Positions 23,321 through 33,008 of a DNA stretch of 64,000 bases are shown piece after piece. How positions within the stretch are numbered: position 1 is the stretch's first letter; every line of letters begins with the position of its first letter. Under the pieces are notes generated by a model. The model was given only the letters and a program-made list of their open reading frames with translations. It ran no database searches and had not been told where the DNA came from. The translations under genes and the position numbers were made by a program. This DNA is from an uncultured Planctomycetaceae bacterium (GTDB taxonomy: Bacteria > Planctomycetota > Planctomycetia > Isosphaerales > Isosphaeraceae): positions 1,504,001 to 1,568,000 of the forward strand of contig CAWIAD010000002.1 of assembly GCA_963833985.1 (NCBI GenBank), in the 5' to 3' direction.

Positions 23321-24292
23321 ATGAGAACCGTGAAGCAGACCGCCCCCCTGCTGGCCGCCATCCTGGTGCTTCTGGCTGCCTTCCGGATCTGGGTGCCACG
23401 GTTCCTGGCTGTGGACAACCTGCTCGACCTGGCCCAGCAGATCTCGATCAACGCCGTGCTCGCCTTCGGCATGACGCTGGTGATCCTGATCGGCGGCATC
23501 GATCTTTCGGTGGGCGCCGTGGTGGCACTGATCGGTACGCTCACGGTCTGGCTGCTTCCCCACGTTGGGCTGGCCGGCGCCGTGGCGGCGGGTTTGGCGG
23601 CCGCCATGCTCTTCGGGGCCTTCAACGGCGCCTGTGCAGCGCTCACGGCCATGCCGCCGTTCATCATCACGCTGGCCACCATGCTCATTGCGCGGGGCCT
23701 TGCCTTGCGGTTCAACGAGGGCCGGCCCATTGCCGTGCCGGCCGGCCAGGATGCCTTCCTGGCGCTGGGCAACGCGCGCGTGCGGGACGCCTTGCCCGTG
23801 CCGGTGCTGGTGATGCTGATGGTCTTCGTGGTCATGGCCGTGCTGCTGCACCGCACCCGGTTCGGCCAGCACCTCTATGCGATTGGCGGCAACCGCGAGG
23901 CGGCCCGTTACACGGGCATTCCCATCGCCCGCAACGAGGTCGCGGTGTACGTCGCGTGCTCGCTGCTGGCGGGCCTGGCCGGCATGATCCATGCCTCGCA
24001 GCTCTACTCGGCGGAGCCCGGCTCGGGCCAGAACTTCGAGCTCATCGCCATCGCCGCGGTGGTGGTCGGGGGAACCAGCTTCGCCGGCGGCGTGGGGACG
24101 ATGCCGGGAACGTTCCTGGGAGCCATCATCATCGGCATTCTCGACAAGGGGCTGAACCAGGCCGGCGTCCACTTCTCGCTCCAGTACGTCTTCCGGGGCG
24201 TCGTCATCCTCGCCGCCGTGTACCTCGACGTACAGCGCAGGCGGCCGGGCCGGGGACGATGGAAAAGGAGCAAAGCTCACGCCGGCAAGTGA
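23321..24292 (+). CDS. Sugar ABC transporter permease (RbsC-like)
   Basis: GGIDLSVG, PFIITLA, YAIGGNREAA, IAAVVVGGTSFAGG. Confidence 0.93.
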   Translation: MRTVKQTAPLLAAILVLLAAFRIWVPRFLAVDNLLDLAQQISINAVLAFGMTLVILIGGIDLSVGAVVALIGTLTVWLLPHVGLAGAVAAGLAAAMLFGAFNGACAALTAMPPFIITLATMLIARGLALRFNEGRPIAVPAGQDAFLALGNARVRDALPVPVLVMLMVFVVMAVLLHRTRFGQHLYAIGGNREAARYTGIPIARNEVAVYVACSLLAGLAGMIHASQLYSAEPGSGQNFELIAIAAVVVGGTSFAGGVGTMPGTFLGAIIIGILDKGLNQAGVHFSLQYVFRGVVILAAVYLDVQRRRPGRGRWKRSKAHAGK

Positions 24293-24462
24293 GCACACGC
24301 AGACGACCCGCGGTACCGACGCCAAAGGTGAAACCTGACCTGAGACTGAGACGCGGATCAAGAAGAGGCAAGGGATGCTCGGTTTCACCGTGGACCCACC
24401 TACCTCGAACGAGGCTGTGCCGGTAGCATACTTTCGGAGACCACCTCGTGCGGAGCAACGCG

Positions 24463-25272
24463 ATGTTCACCGACCTGAACCTGGCGAGACGTCTGGAGGA
24501 GGCTGAGTCGTTCGCGGCCGAGGCGTGTGCTCGTGCACTGTCCCGTCGTGACCCAGCAGCGGACGTCGCGATCGAGGACGTGGCTGGCGGCCGTTCCGTG
24601 TTTATGGGCGTCGGCTCGCCGCTCACGGAAAGCAAGGCGATCGGTCTGCACGGCCCCGTGACCGAGGCGGACCTCGACCGCATGGAAGCCGTCTTTTTCA
24701 GCCGGGGCGATGCGTCACGAGTCGTGGTGTGCCCGCTGGCCGACCCTTCGCTCATCGACGGACTGGCAGGGCGCGGTTATCGGCTCGCTGGCTTTGAAGA
24801 CATCCTGGCCCTGCCCCTTGGCCATGACGATTCTGAAGATTCTCAACTTCCAAATATCGACATCCGTCCAATAGAGTCGAAGGATCACGACCTGTACGCG
24901 CGGGTCGTGGGCCCGAATTTCGTGGGACCGGGCGGCTCACTGGAGGACACCCTCAGTCTGATGAGGACGATGCTCGACATGGAGCACGCCAGGCCATTCC
25001 TGGCGCTCATGGAGGGTGTTCCGGTCGGCGGCGGCGCGGCACTCATCCACGAGGGGCTGGCACTCCTGGCCGGTGCGGCCACTCTTCCGCCGTTTCGCAA
25101 TCGGGGGGTGCACGCCGCCTTGCACCACGCCCGGATCCGGGTCGTGCGCCAGTCCGGGTGTGACCTTGCCGCACAGGGAGCACAACCCGGCAGCACCTCC
25201 GAGCGCAACGCCCAGCGGCGGGGCTTCCGGGTCGTCTACACGAGAGCCCACCTCGTCAGGGCCCTGGTCTGA
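24463..25272 (+). CDS. GNAT family N-acetyltransferase
   Basis: C-terminal ATLPPFRNRGVH (motif A) and SERNAQRRGF. Confidence 0.8.
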   Translation: MFTDLNLARRLEEAESFAAEACARALSRRDPAADVAIEDVAGGRSVFMGVGSPLTESKAIGLHGPVTEADLDRMEAVFFSRGDASRVVVCPLADPSLIDGLAGRGYRLAGFEDILALPLGHDDSEDSQLPNIDIRPIESKDHDLYARVVGPNFVGPGGSLEDTLSLMRTMLDMEHARPFLALMEGVPVGGGAALIHEGLALLAGAATLPPFRNRGVHAALHHARIRVVRQSGCDLAAQGAQPGSTSERNAQRRGFRVVYTRAHLVRALV

Positions 25273-25435
25273 CAGTCTCGCTCGGAGGGCCTGTCCTGGC
25301 AGCGAGCAGGCCGTGGTCGCCCAGGGGAGCGGCGGTCGCGGCACAAGCATGGTGTGGACGGACGCATCTCGTTCGCCTCGGAATCTCCGGTTGGAACCGT
25401 CTGCCTGCTCTGCGAGGCATGGTCCGTGGGCGACT

Positions 25436-26287
25436 CTACGGCTGCCGGCTCGGGAGATCAATATATGCTCCCTGCACAAGCTGCTCCGCTCTGATGCCGA
25501 GGCGGTTCATCAGGTCGAGCGCGATGGCCTCTCCTTCGGCTTCGGTCTGGTCGGGGCGAAGCACGACCTCCAGCTCCACGAAGTCTCCGAGGTTCTCCAC
25601 CTGGTCGAGATGGATGCGCGTCTGGCCCGCGCGGTAGACCCAGCGCTTCTTCGTCACGGTCCCGGCCACGGGCAAGACCCGCGCGAGGATCGCCTCCAGC
25701 GCCTCCGGGTTCGTGGTGGGAGCGATGAGATAGCGAGAGACCTTGGGCCCGCCGAGATCCGGACGCTCGTAGTGGATCAATTCGCCGTACGCTCCTTTCA
25801 GGCGGCGCAGCTTGAGACGGCCCGCGGGCACGGCGAAGAAGACGTCCTGCTGATCGAGGCACTCCACCGGGCCCTCGCCGAGCGCGGCCGCGGCCGACTT
25901 GAGACGCATGAAGTCGTCCACTCGCGCCTTGATCTCCACGTTCCGGGCGGGCTCGGTGCCTGGCGACTGCTCGTCGGCAGGCGGGTCCCCTGCGTCCGCG
26001 GGCTCACCCGGGGCTTGCTGCCAAGGCGCGCCAGGGGACACGCGCCAGGCGTGCCAGCCCCTGGGCAGATCGGCAAGATTCTCGAGCGAGCCATCGAACT
26101 GGATCATCTCGCCCAGCAGCACGGTGGTCCCGTCCTGCTCGAACACCTGCTCGCCATCCAGGAACTGCCAGCCGCCGTCCTCGGCATCGTGAGTCACCAG
26201 TAAGAGCGGTGCCACGCCTTGCAGGATGCGCTCCAGTGTCAGCACGACCGTTTCCGGGGGATCAGCAAACCGCCAGTCCATGATCAT
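25436..26287 (-). CDS. CYTH/class IV adenylate cyclase-like protein fused to an N-terminal DUF2185/immunity-like domain
   Basis: CYTH motifs NVEIKARV, RLKLRR, VTKKRWVY, HLDQVENLGDFVELEV. N-terminal VTHDAEDGGWQFL...LADLPRGWHAWR. Confidence 0.8.
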   Translation of the reverse strand: MIMDWRFADPPETVVLTLERILQGVAPLLLVTHDAEDGGWQFLDGEQVFEQDGTTVLLGEMIQFDGSLENLADLPRGWHAWRVSPGAPWQQAPGEPADAGDPPADEQSPGTEPARNVEIKARVDDFMRLKSAAAALGEGPVECLDQQDVFFAVPAGRLKLRRLKGAYGELIHYERPDLGGPKVSRYLIAPTTNPEALEAILARVLPVAGTVTKKRWVYRAGQTRIHLDQVENLGDFVELEVVLRPDQTEAEGEAIALDLMNRLGIRAEQLVQGAYIDLPSRQP

Positions 26288-26483
26288 AGTGCATCTCCTT
26301 TATGTAACTTCGAGGCGCTCGCGTATGACCGTCGGGCGGGCGCGGGGGGCGAGATGCGGACACAGTGGGCTGCCTGATCGCCGCAAGCCTCATCAGATTC
26401 CGCTTCCCAGAATCCGGACAAACGCTATGGTAATGCCGTGAACGGCCTGCTCGCCATTCATAGACTCATGGAGGAGTTGAGCG

Positions 26484-26696
26484 ATGAAGAGAACAATCGG
26501 CCTTGCGGTCGCGGCCGCGGCGTTGCTCATGGTTGCGGGATGCAGCGGACTGCACGGCAAGGATAAGCCGGTGAAAGACCAGGTTCGACTGCCGGGTGCG
26601 CCCCCACTCGAGGGAAGCCCGACGAGTGCTGGCATCCCGGGAATGCAGGGTTCAGTGCCGCAGATCCCGCCGGCCCGCTCGGTCGGCTCCAACTGA
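26484..26696 (+). CDS. Small lipoprotein
   Basis: GGAG RBS upstream; MKRT, a hydrophobic stretch, then lipobox VAGC; 70 aa. Confidence 0.65.
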   Translation: MKRTIGLAVAAAALLMVAGCSGLHGKDKPVKDQVRLPGAPPLEGSPTSAGIPGMQGSVPQIPPARSVGSN

Positions 26697-26760
26697 TTTC
26701 CGCGGGAATGCCGCCAGATCATCGGCCCGCTCGGGCGTTCAGCGTGCCGGCGCGGGATGG

Positions 26761-28106
26761 TCAGGAGTCTGCCTTGCGCACCTCCATGGGCTGACTCCGC
26801 AGCCCTGACGGAAGCCGGGCCACAAGCGGCCGGAGGGCGGAGGATTCCTGAAGCCGGTTGCCCGCGGCGTGCAGCAGCCAGCCCAGGGCCACGGCGGCCA
26901 CGGCGTTGGTGACGAGCACCGCCAGCGCCGTCGCCAGGAAGGTCAGGGCTTCCGCGCGCCTCATCCGTGGCAGCCTGCGCCAGGTGCTCCATTCCAGGAG
27001 GGTGAGACCGACATAGACGGTCACGCCCGCCAGGGCCGCCATGGGGATCATGGCGATCAGCGACCCGCCAAAGCATGTCAGGCCCAGCAACACCAGGGCG
27101 TGGATCAGGATCGACAGCCGGGTGCTGCCACCGCAGCGCACGTTGGCCACGCTCCGCGCGGGGATTCCCACGCTCATCGGCGCCCCGAAGGCCCCCGCGC
27201 ACAGGTTGGCGATGCCATAAGCGCCCAGTTCGGCGTCGGCATCGGCCGGCGCAGCCCGCGATGGCGGCCCTGGAAGTGCTCGACCACGCGTGAGGTGATG
27301 AGCACGTTCACGGCGGTGACGACGGCCAACCCCAGGGCGGGCGGCAGGATGAGCGTCAGGTCGGCCCGCTTCCAGCTAAACTCGGCCACGGGCGGCAGGC
27401 TGAAGGGGACCACTCCCACGGCGGGCCCGCGCCAGCCAAGGCAAAGGCCGGCGGCCATCGCCAGCATGACGCCGGCCAGCACCGACGGCGAGCGCGGCCA
27501 TCGCCTCGCCACCAGTGTCGCGACCACGATCACGATGCCGCCGGTGACCAGCGGTTCGCGCTGAGCCAGGGCTGCCTGCCCGAGCACGCGCCCCAGTTGC
27601 CGGAGCGAGTTCTCCGATGCCGCCTCGGTGCTCGCGGGCAGGCCGAGCAGGGTGCGGAGCTGGAGAATGACCATCATCGCCCCCACGCCGCAGGAGAAGC
27701 CTGAGACCACGACCTGTGGCACGCGCGCCATTTGCCGGCCGAGTCGGAGCACCGAGAAGATCATCAGAAACACCGACGCCGAAAGGCAGACCTTGGCCGC
27801 GCCCGCGGGCCCCTCGGCGGCGACCGCGGCCGCGATGAACGGCACCGTGGCACTGGCCGTGCCGCCGATGAGCACGGGGTTCCTGCCCAGAGCGGCGGTC
27901 ACCGGCGCGGTGAGGATGGAGGTGAACAGGCCGAGCACGGGCGGCAGGCCCATGAGCCGGGCCATGGCCAGACCGTACGGCAGCGCGATCAGGGCGGCCA
28001 CGGTGCCGCCCGCGGCATCACCCGCGAGCGCACGCCAGCCGTAGCCACCGCGCCGCCTTCGCTGTGGTCTGGCCTCTGAAGACGCAGCGGTCTCAGACTC
28101 AGGCAT
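26761..28106 (-). CDS. SulP/SLC26 family anion permease without STAS domain, frameshifted near 27245
   Basis: GTVAALIALPYGLAMA, GLPPVLGL. Re-framed DAELGAYGIANL joins ORF 26761..27177 (IPARSVANVRCGGSTRLS, IPMAALAG). Confidence 0.8.
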
Positions 28107-29253
28107 TCATGACCCGTGTGAACGCCGCCCGGAATTTGGCCATCTCGTCGCGCGTGCCGATCGTGACCCGGACATGATGGGGCAGGGACGGCCAGACGCG
28201 GCCGATGGCCACTTTTTCCTTGAGCATGGCCTGGCCGAACATCCGTCCCGGCCGCTTGACGTCGATCATGAGCATGTTGGCCTCCGAGGGCATGACGGGG
28301 TAGCCCTGCCTGTCCAGCCACTCCGCCGTCTCCTCGCGGACCTCGGTGATGATCTTCCGGCGCTTCGGAACCAGATCCTTGACCCGCAGGCTGGCGATGG
28401 CGCCAACCATCCCCGTGACCGGCAGTGCCCCGGCGCCATACCCCTTCAGCTTGTCGAGCAGGTCCGGCCGCGCCAGGGCCGCACCGGCACGCAGCCCGGC
28501 CATCCCGTAGAGCTTGGAGAAGGTCCTGAGGATCAAAACATCCTTCCCCGTGGCAACCAGCGGCGTGCCGGGCTCTGCGTTCTGCGAGAGGTGGATGTAG
28601 GCCTCGTCGAGCAGGATCACCGCCCCCTTGGGCTTGTTTGCCACCAGGTACTCGATGTCCTCCTTGCGTGTGATGGAGCCGGTCGGATTGTTCGGATTGC
28701 AGACGTAGATCAGCCCGGCCTCGGGGTCCGCCTGGGCCATCGCCTGAACATCATGCGAGGCGTCCTTGCGGAGCGGCACCTTCACCGTCCGGGCGCCGAT
28801 GAATCGCGCGGCCCGCTCGCCGGCCTCGTACCCCGGATCGGCCACCACGAAGCTTTTCGTGGGGGAGGTGAACGCCAGGACCGCGCGATGCAAGGGGTCG
28901 CTCGAGCCGGCGAACGGCACGACGTGGTCTCTGGGCACGCCCTCGATCTCGGCCAGCAGCGCGGCGAAGGCGAAGGTCTGTTCGTACATGTAGCGCCCGC
29001 CCTGCTGGACCACCTGGCGAATGGCCTCGGCGGCCTCGGGGCAGGGCCCCATGGGGTTCTCATTGGCGTTGATGCGGACTGCGTCGGGAGGCAGTTTGGG
29101 TAAGGCCGAGAGCCCCTGAGCCAGCGCGGCCTCATTGTAGAAGGGCAGGGCGGAGCCCGCTGCCAGCAGGGCGGCCATGCGGCCAAGATCGCGCCGGCTG
29201 AAGCCCCGGCGAGCCAGCTCCCGACGCTGCTCGGGACAGAACACTTCCTTCAT
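28099..29253 (-). CDS. PLP-dependent class I/II aminotransferase (HisC-like) with Tat-like signal
   Basis: INANENPMG, CNPNNPTG, LDEAY, RTFSKLYGMAGLR; N-terminal FSRRDL followed by a hydrophobic stretch. Confidence 0.88.
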   Translation of the reverse strand: MKEVFCPEQRRELARRGFSRRDLGRMAALLAAGSALPFYNEAALAQGLSALPKLPPDAVRINANENPMGPCPEAAEAIRQVVQQGGRYMYEQTFAFAALLAEIEGVPRDHVVPFAGSSDPLHRAVLAFTSPTKSFVVADPGYEAGERAARFIGARTVKVPLRKDASHDVQAMAQADPEAGLIYVCNPNNPTGSITRKEDIEYLVANKPKGAVILLDEAYIHLSQNAEPGTPLVATGKDVLILRTFSKLYGMAGLRAGAALARPDLLDKLKGYGAGALPVTGMVGAIASLRVKDLVPKRRKIITEVREETAEWLDRQGYPVMPSEANMLMIDVKRPGRMFGQAMLKEKVAIGRVWPSLPHHVRVTIGTRDEMAKFRAAFTRVMNA

Positions 29254-29576
29254 CGCGGCTCCCTTTCCAGGAACAGGGCGGGACTTGGTGGCAAGACTGG
29301 CTTATGGAATCGCTTCGCTCCGGATGGGGAGCGGGCAACGCGGGCGGGTGGGTTCCCGGGAGAGAAGGAACAGCCGAATAACCCCGCCATGTCAGACAGT
29401 TACATGAGCAAGCATGGAGTACGAACGGAGAGTGCCGAGGTTCAACCTTCCACGCGAGCTTGATTATAAGAACGAAGGCGCGAATCGTAAACTCTCCCGC
29501 CAATTTTTCAGGGGCCATCGCTTTTGGGGCGACTGCACATCGTCCCGGGCCCTTGCCGGCGGCACTGGAATGGTGC

Positions 29577-30592
29577 TCAGGAGAGCCTCAGAGCACGCAG
29601 GGCCTCCAGAACACGGGCGTGCGAGCAGGCACTCGCGACGATGACGCCGCGATTCGCCGTCAGTTCCCGGCCGTGCTGAAACTCCAGCGGGCGGCCCGTG
29701 ATGTCGGTCACGGTTCCTCCGGCCTCCTCCACGATCAGGACGCCCGCGGCGTGGTCCCAGATCTTCTCGCGGTAATCGGCCCGGGTGGGCATGCGGAGGT
29801 AGATCTCGGCCTCGCCTCGGGCCACGATCCCGTACTTCGCCTGGCTATCCATCCGGATCGGCGGCAGCGTGATCCCCAGCCGATCGGCGATGGCGGCCGA
29901 GTCCCCGTGGGCGCTGTGGCCGGACTCGACCGATTCACAGAAACGGAGCGTCTCGGGCTCGGACTTCTGGCTGACTTGCAGCGCCAGCGATGCCGGACCC
30001 GACCCACGCCCGGGCTCGAGCGCCAGGGCCGTGGCGCCTTGGCCCTTGACCGCCGTGAAGATGACACCCCGGCCCGATTCCACGCCGTCCGGCGCAACGG
30101 GCAGATTGGGGCAGGCCAGAGCTCCGACGACGATCGTCCCGTCGACGATCAGGGCCAGGGCCACGGCATACTGCTCGTTGCGGAGAAATCCCTTGGTCCC
30201 GTCGATCGGATCGATGGTCCAGAAGCGCCGGGAATACGCGCTGGTGCCGCCCCGATCGATCCATGCGCAGACGTCACTGGCAGCGGGCCTGGGTGCGACG
30301 TCTGGCGCGCTGGCCAGCACGTGTTTGACCACCTCGTCCAGGATCGCCGCGTTCTCGGGCCGCTTGACTCCAGGGCGTCTTCCTCGGCGATGATGGGGTC
30401 GTCCGGAAAGGCACGCCCGAGCGCCCGGCAGACGATCGCCTGGCTGCCGAAGTCCGCCACGGTAACCGGGCTCTTGTCCTTCTTGTCGAGAACCTCGGGG
30501 TTCACCGCGGCCCGAACGGCAACACACAATCGAGCCGCCTGACGAACGGCCTCGACGGCCACGGATTGTTCATGCTCGTAGAGGTTGTTCAT
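29577..30592 (-). CDS. 3'(2'),5'-bisphosphate nucleotidase (HAL2/CysQ-type), frameshifted near 30370
   Basis: KKDKSPVTVADFGSQA, IAEED, WTIDPIDGTKGFLR, RMDSQAKY, EKIWDHAAG spread over two frames. Confidence 0.88.
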
Positions 30593-30902
30593 GGGTGCTC
30601 CGGATTTGCGTGCGCGCCCAGCACAGTTCCAGACGCGTGGACGGCGTCGAGCTGAAGCCTGTCACTCAGAAAAGACTTTGGATTGCTCGCCCGGTTTTGT
30701 CAATAAACCGGCCAATCCGTGCAGGCCGCTCTCGTCCGATCCGCACATCCAGGCCGCGGGCCTTTCGCGTCGAGTTGCCTGCCGCGGATTCTGTCGTAGC
30801 TTGATCAGAGAGGACCCTGCTGTTGCCTGTGGCACGAGCTGATCGTGTGCGGCGCCGGGTAAGACCCTGCCGGATGACTTCGAGGCCGAAGGAAGTTCAC
30901 AG

Positions 30903-32909
30903 ATGTCAATCCATTGCGACGGTTACTTGCGAGCGGCACTGACGAGGTCGCGCCGCGTCTCGAAGCCCCGATCACGGCGTCTCCAGCGGCTCGTGCCGGA
31001 GGTTCTGGAAGATCGGCAACTCCTGGCTACGTTCACGGTGACGAACCTGCTCAATTCCGGAACGGGCTCGCTGCGCTGGGCGATCGTGGCGGCGAACGCG
31101 CAACCGGGGCCGAACACGGTCGACTTCAGTGTCGCGGGGACAATCCCGGTGAGCCGAACGCCGTTACCTGCGCTCTCCGGCAGGATGATGATTGACGGCA
31201 CCTCGGCCCCTGGATATGCCGGAGTGCCCGTTGTGACCATCAACTTCCACGGCAGCCGCGGCCTGACCTTCAATGGCGGCTCCAGCGGCTCGGTCCTGCG
31301 GGGGCTTGCCCTGGTAGGCGCCGGTACCGCGGGCGTCACGCTCAACGCCGGCTCCATCACGCTCCAGGGCAATGACATCGGCATCCTGCCGGATGGCCGG
31401 GCCGCTGGCAACCTGGGGGACGGCGTTCGCATCAATGCCTCCTCCACCGGCGACCTGATCGGCCAGACCGCTGCCGACACGGTGTCGGCCGGCCTCATGG
31501 CCAGCTTGCAGGTGAGCGCCAGCTTTCAGCTCTCGAACGTGATCAGCGGAAACCGTGGCAACGGCATCGGGATCTACGGCGGAGCCTCCAATCAGATCGC
31601 CATGAACTACATCGGAACGGACGCCAGTGGCACACTCAACCGGGGCAATGGCGCCAGCGGCATCCTCATGACGCAAGGCGCGGCGGGGAACCTGATCGGT
31701 GGCGAGGCGACCGGCGGCAACGACCCCACCGCCGGCGTGTTCGTCCGGCCGCCTGAAGGCAACCTCATCTCCGGCAATGGCGCCGCCGGGGTGCTCATCA
31801 CGGGCGGGGCCACGCAGAACCAGTTGAGCGGGAATTTCATCGGCACCACGGCCAACGGGAACGCGGCACTGGGCAATCGGTGCGACGGCGTGGCCATCCA
31901 GGGGGCCAGCGGGAATGCCCTGATCGGCTGCCGGATCCAGCAGGACCCATTCGTCTTTTACAACGTGATCAGCGGCAACGGCGGCAACGGCCTGCGCATC
32001 ACCAACTCGAACAACACGACGGTCCAGGCGAATTTCCTGGGCGCCGGGGCCAACAACGCCACGGTCGTCGCCAACCGCGGCGACGGCTTGCTTGTCTCGG
32101 GGACGTCGGCCAATACCCAGGTCGGCGGCGTGATTCCGCTGGGCAACGTCATCGCCGGCAATGCCATGAACGGTATCGAGGTCCGCGACCGGGCCAGCGG
32201 CTTCATCTCGTTCAACACCTTCGCCGGTCTCTTCGCCTTCTCGACCTCGGCGCCGAACCGGCGCGACGGCATCCTGATCACGGCCACCGGCGGCAACAAC
32301 GTGGTGCGCACGTCGGTCGTCTCGGGCAACCTGGGCAACGGCATCGAGATCGGCGGCTATGCCACGGGAGTGCAGGTGACCGAGACGGCGGTCGGCACGA
32401 ACACCGCGATCCAGACCGCCTTGCCCAACGGCGGCGACGGCATCCTCATCACCGGGCACGCCCACAACAACGCCATAGGAGGCTTCCAGCCATCGATCGA
32501 GCCCCAGGTGACAGTCTCGGCCAACAACCGTTACGGCATCGAGATCGCCGGCCAGGCACATGACAACGTGATCTTCCACACCCGGATCGGCACCAGCGCA
32601 CTGGGCACCGGGAACCTCGGGAATTTGCTGGGCGGCATCACGCTGGGATCCGGAACGTCCGCGACCACCATTGGCGGGTCGTCTTCCGCTCTGCAAAACC
32701 TCATCCGCTACAACAGCGGCAACGGCGTGACGCTGCGGTCCTCACGCGTTGCGAGGATCCTCGGCAATAGCATCCTGAACAACCAGAGCTACGGCCTACG
32801 CGCCACCGGCAACTGCGCCGGCTCCCTGCTTCAAGGCAACACCATCGCGGGCAACGGAGCCGGCAACGTCAACCTGAGCGGATCGCGGGGGGTTGTCTAC
32901 ACCTCGTGA
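30903..32909 (+). CDS. Extracellular right-handed parallel beta-helix repeat protein
   Basis: Planctomycete-type RRLQRL..EVLEDRQLLATFTVTN, GSLRWAI, repeated N(V/L)ISGN and N(Y/F)IGT motifs. Confidence 0.85.
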   Translation: MSIHCDGYLRAALTRSRRVSKPRSRRLQRLVPEVLEDRQLLATFTVTNLLNSGTGSLRWAIVAANAQPGPNTVDFSVAGTIPVSRTPLPALSGRMMIDGTSAPGYAGVPVVTINFHGSRGLTFNGGSSGSVLRGLALVGAGTAGVTLNAGSITLQGNDIGILPDGRAAGNLGDGVRINASSTGDLIGQTAADTVSAGLMASLQVSASFQLSNVISGNRGNGIGIYGGASNQIAMNYIGTDASGTLNRGNGASGILMTQGAAGNLIGGEATGGNDPTAGVFVRPPEGNLISGNGAAGVLITGGATQNQLSGNFIGTTANGNAALGNRCDGVAIQGASGNALIGCRIQQDPFVFYNVISGNGGNGLRITNSNNTTVQANFLGAGANNATVVANRGDGLLVSGTSANTQVGGVIPLGNVIAGNAMNGIEVRDRASGFISFNTFAGLFAFSTSAPNRRDGILITATGGNNVVRTSVVSGNLGNGIEIGGYATGVQVTETAVGTNTAIQTALPNGGDGILITGHAHNNAIGGFQPSIEPQVTVSANNRYGIEIAGQAHDNVIFHTRIGTSALGTGNLGNLLGGITLGSGTSATTIGGSSSALQNLIRYNSGNGVTLRSSRVARILGNSILNNQSYGLRATGNCAGSLLQGNTIAGNGAGNVNLSGSRGVVYTS

Positions 32910-33008
32910 GCAGGCCGGGAAAACCGAGTTCGGCGCTCTCTCGGGCGCCCGACTCCGACCATGCTCGGCCACCGCGTCATTCCCCGGACTACCGCACGAA
33001 GGCCGCCC

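Noticed and set aside
21758..24388. Long antisense or alternate-frame ORFs (e.g. 21758..24388, 8325..10205, 31164..32696, 43763..45010)
   Set aside because: Shadow ORFs of GC-rich coding strands. They have no family motifs and overlap well-supported genes.
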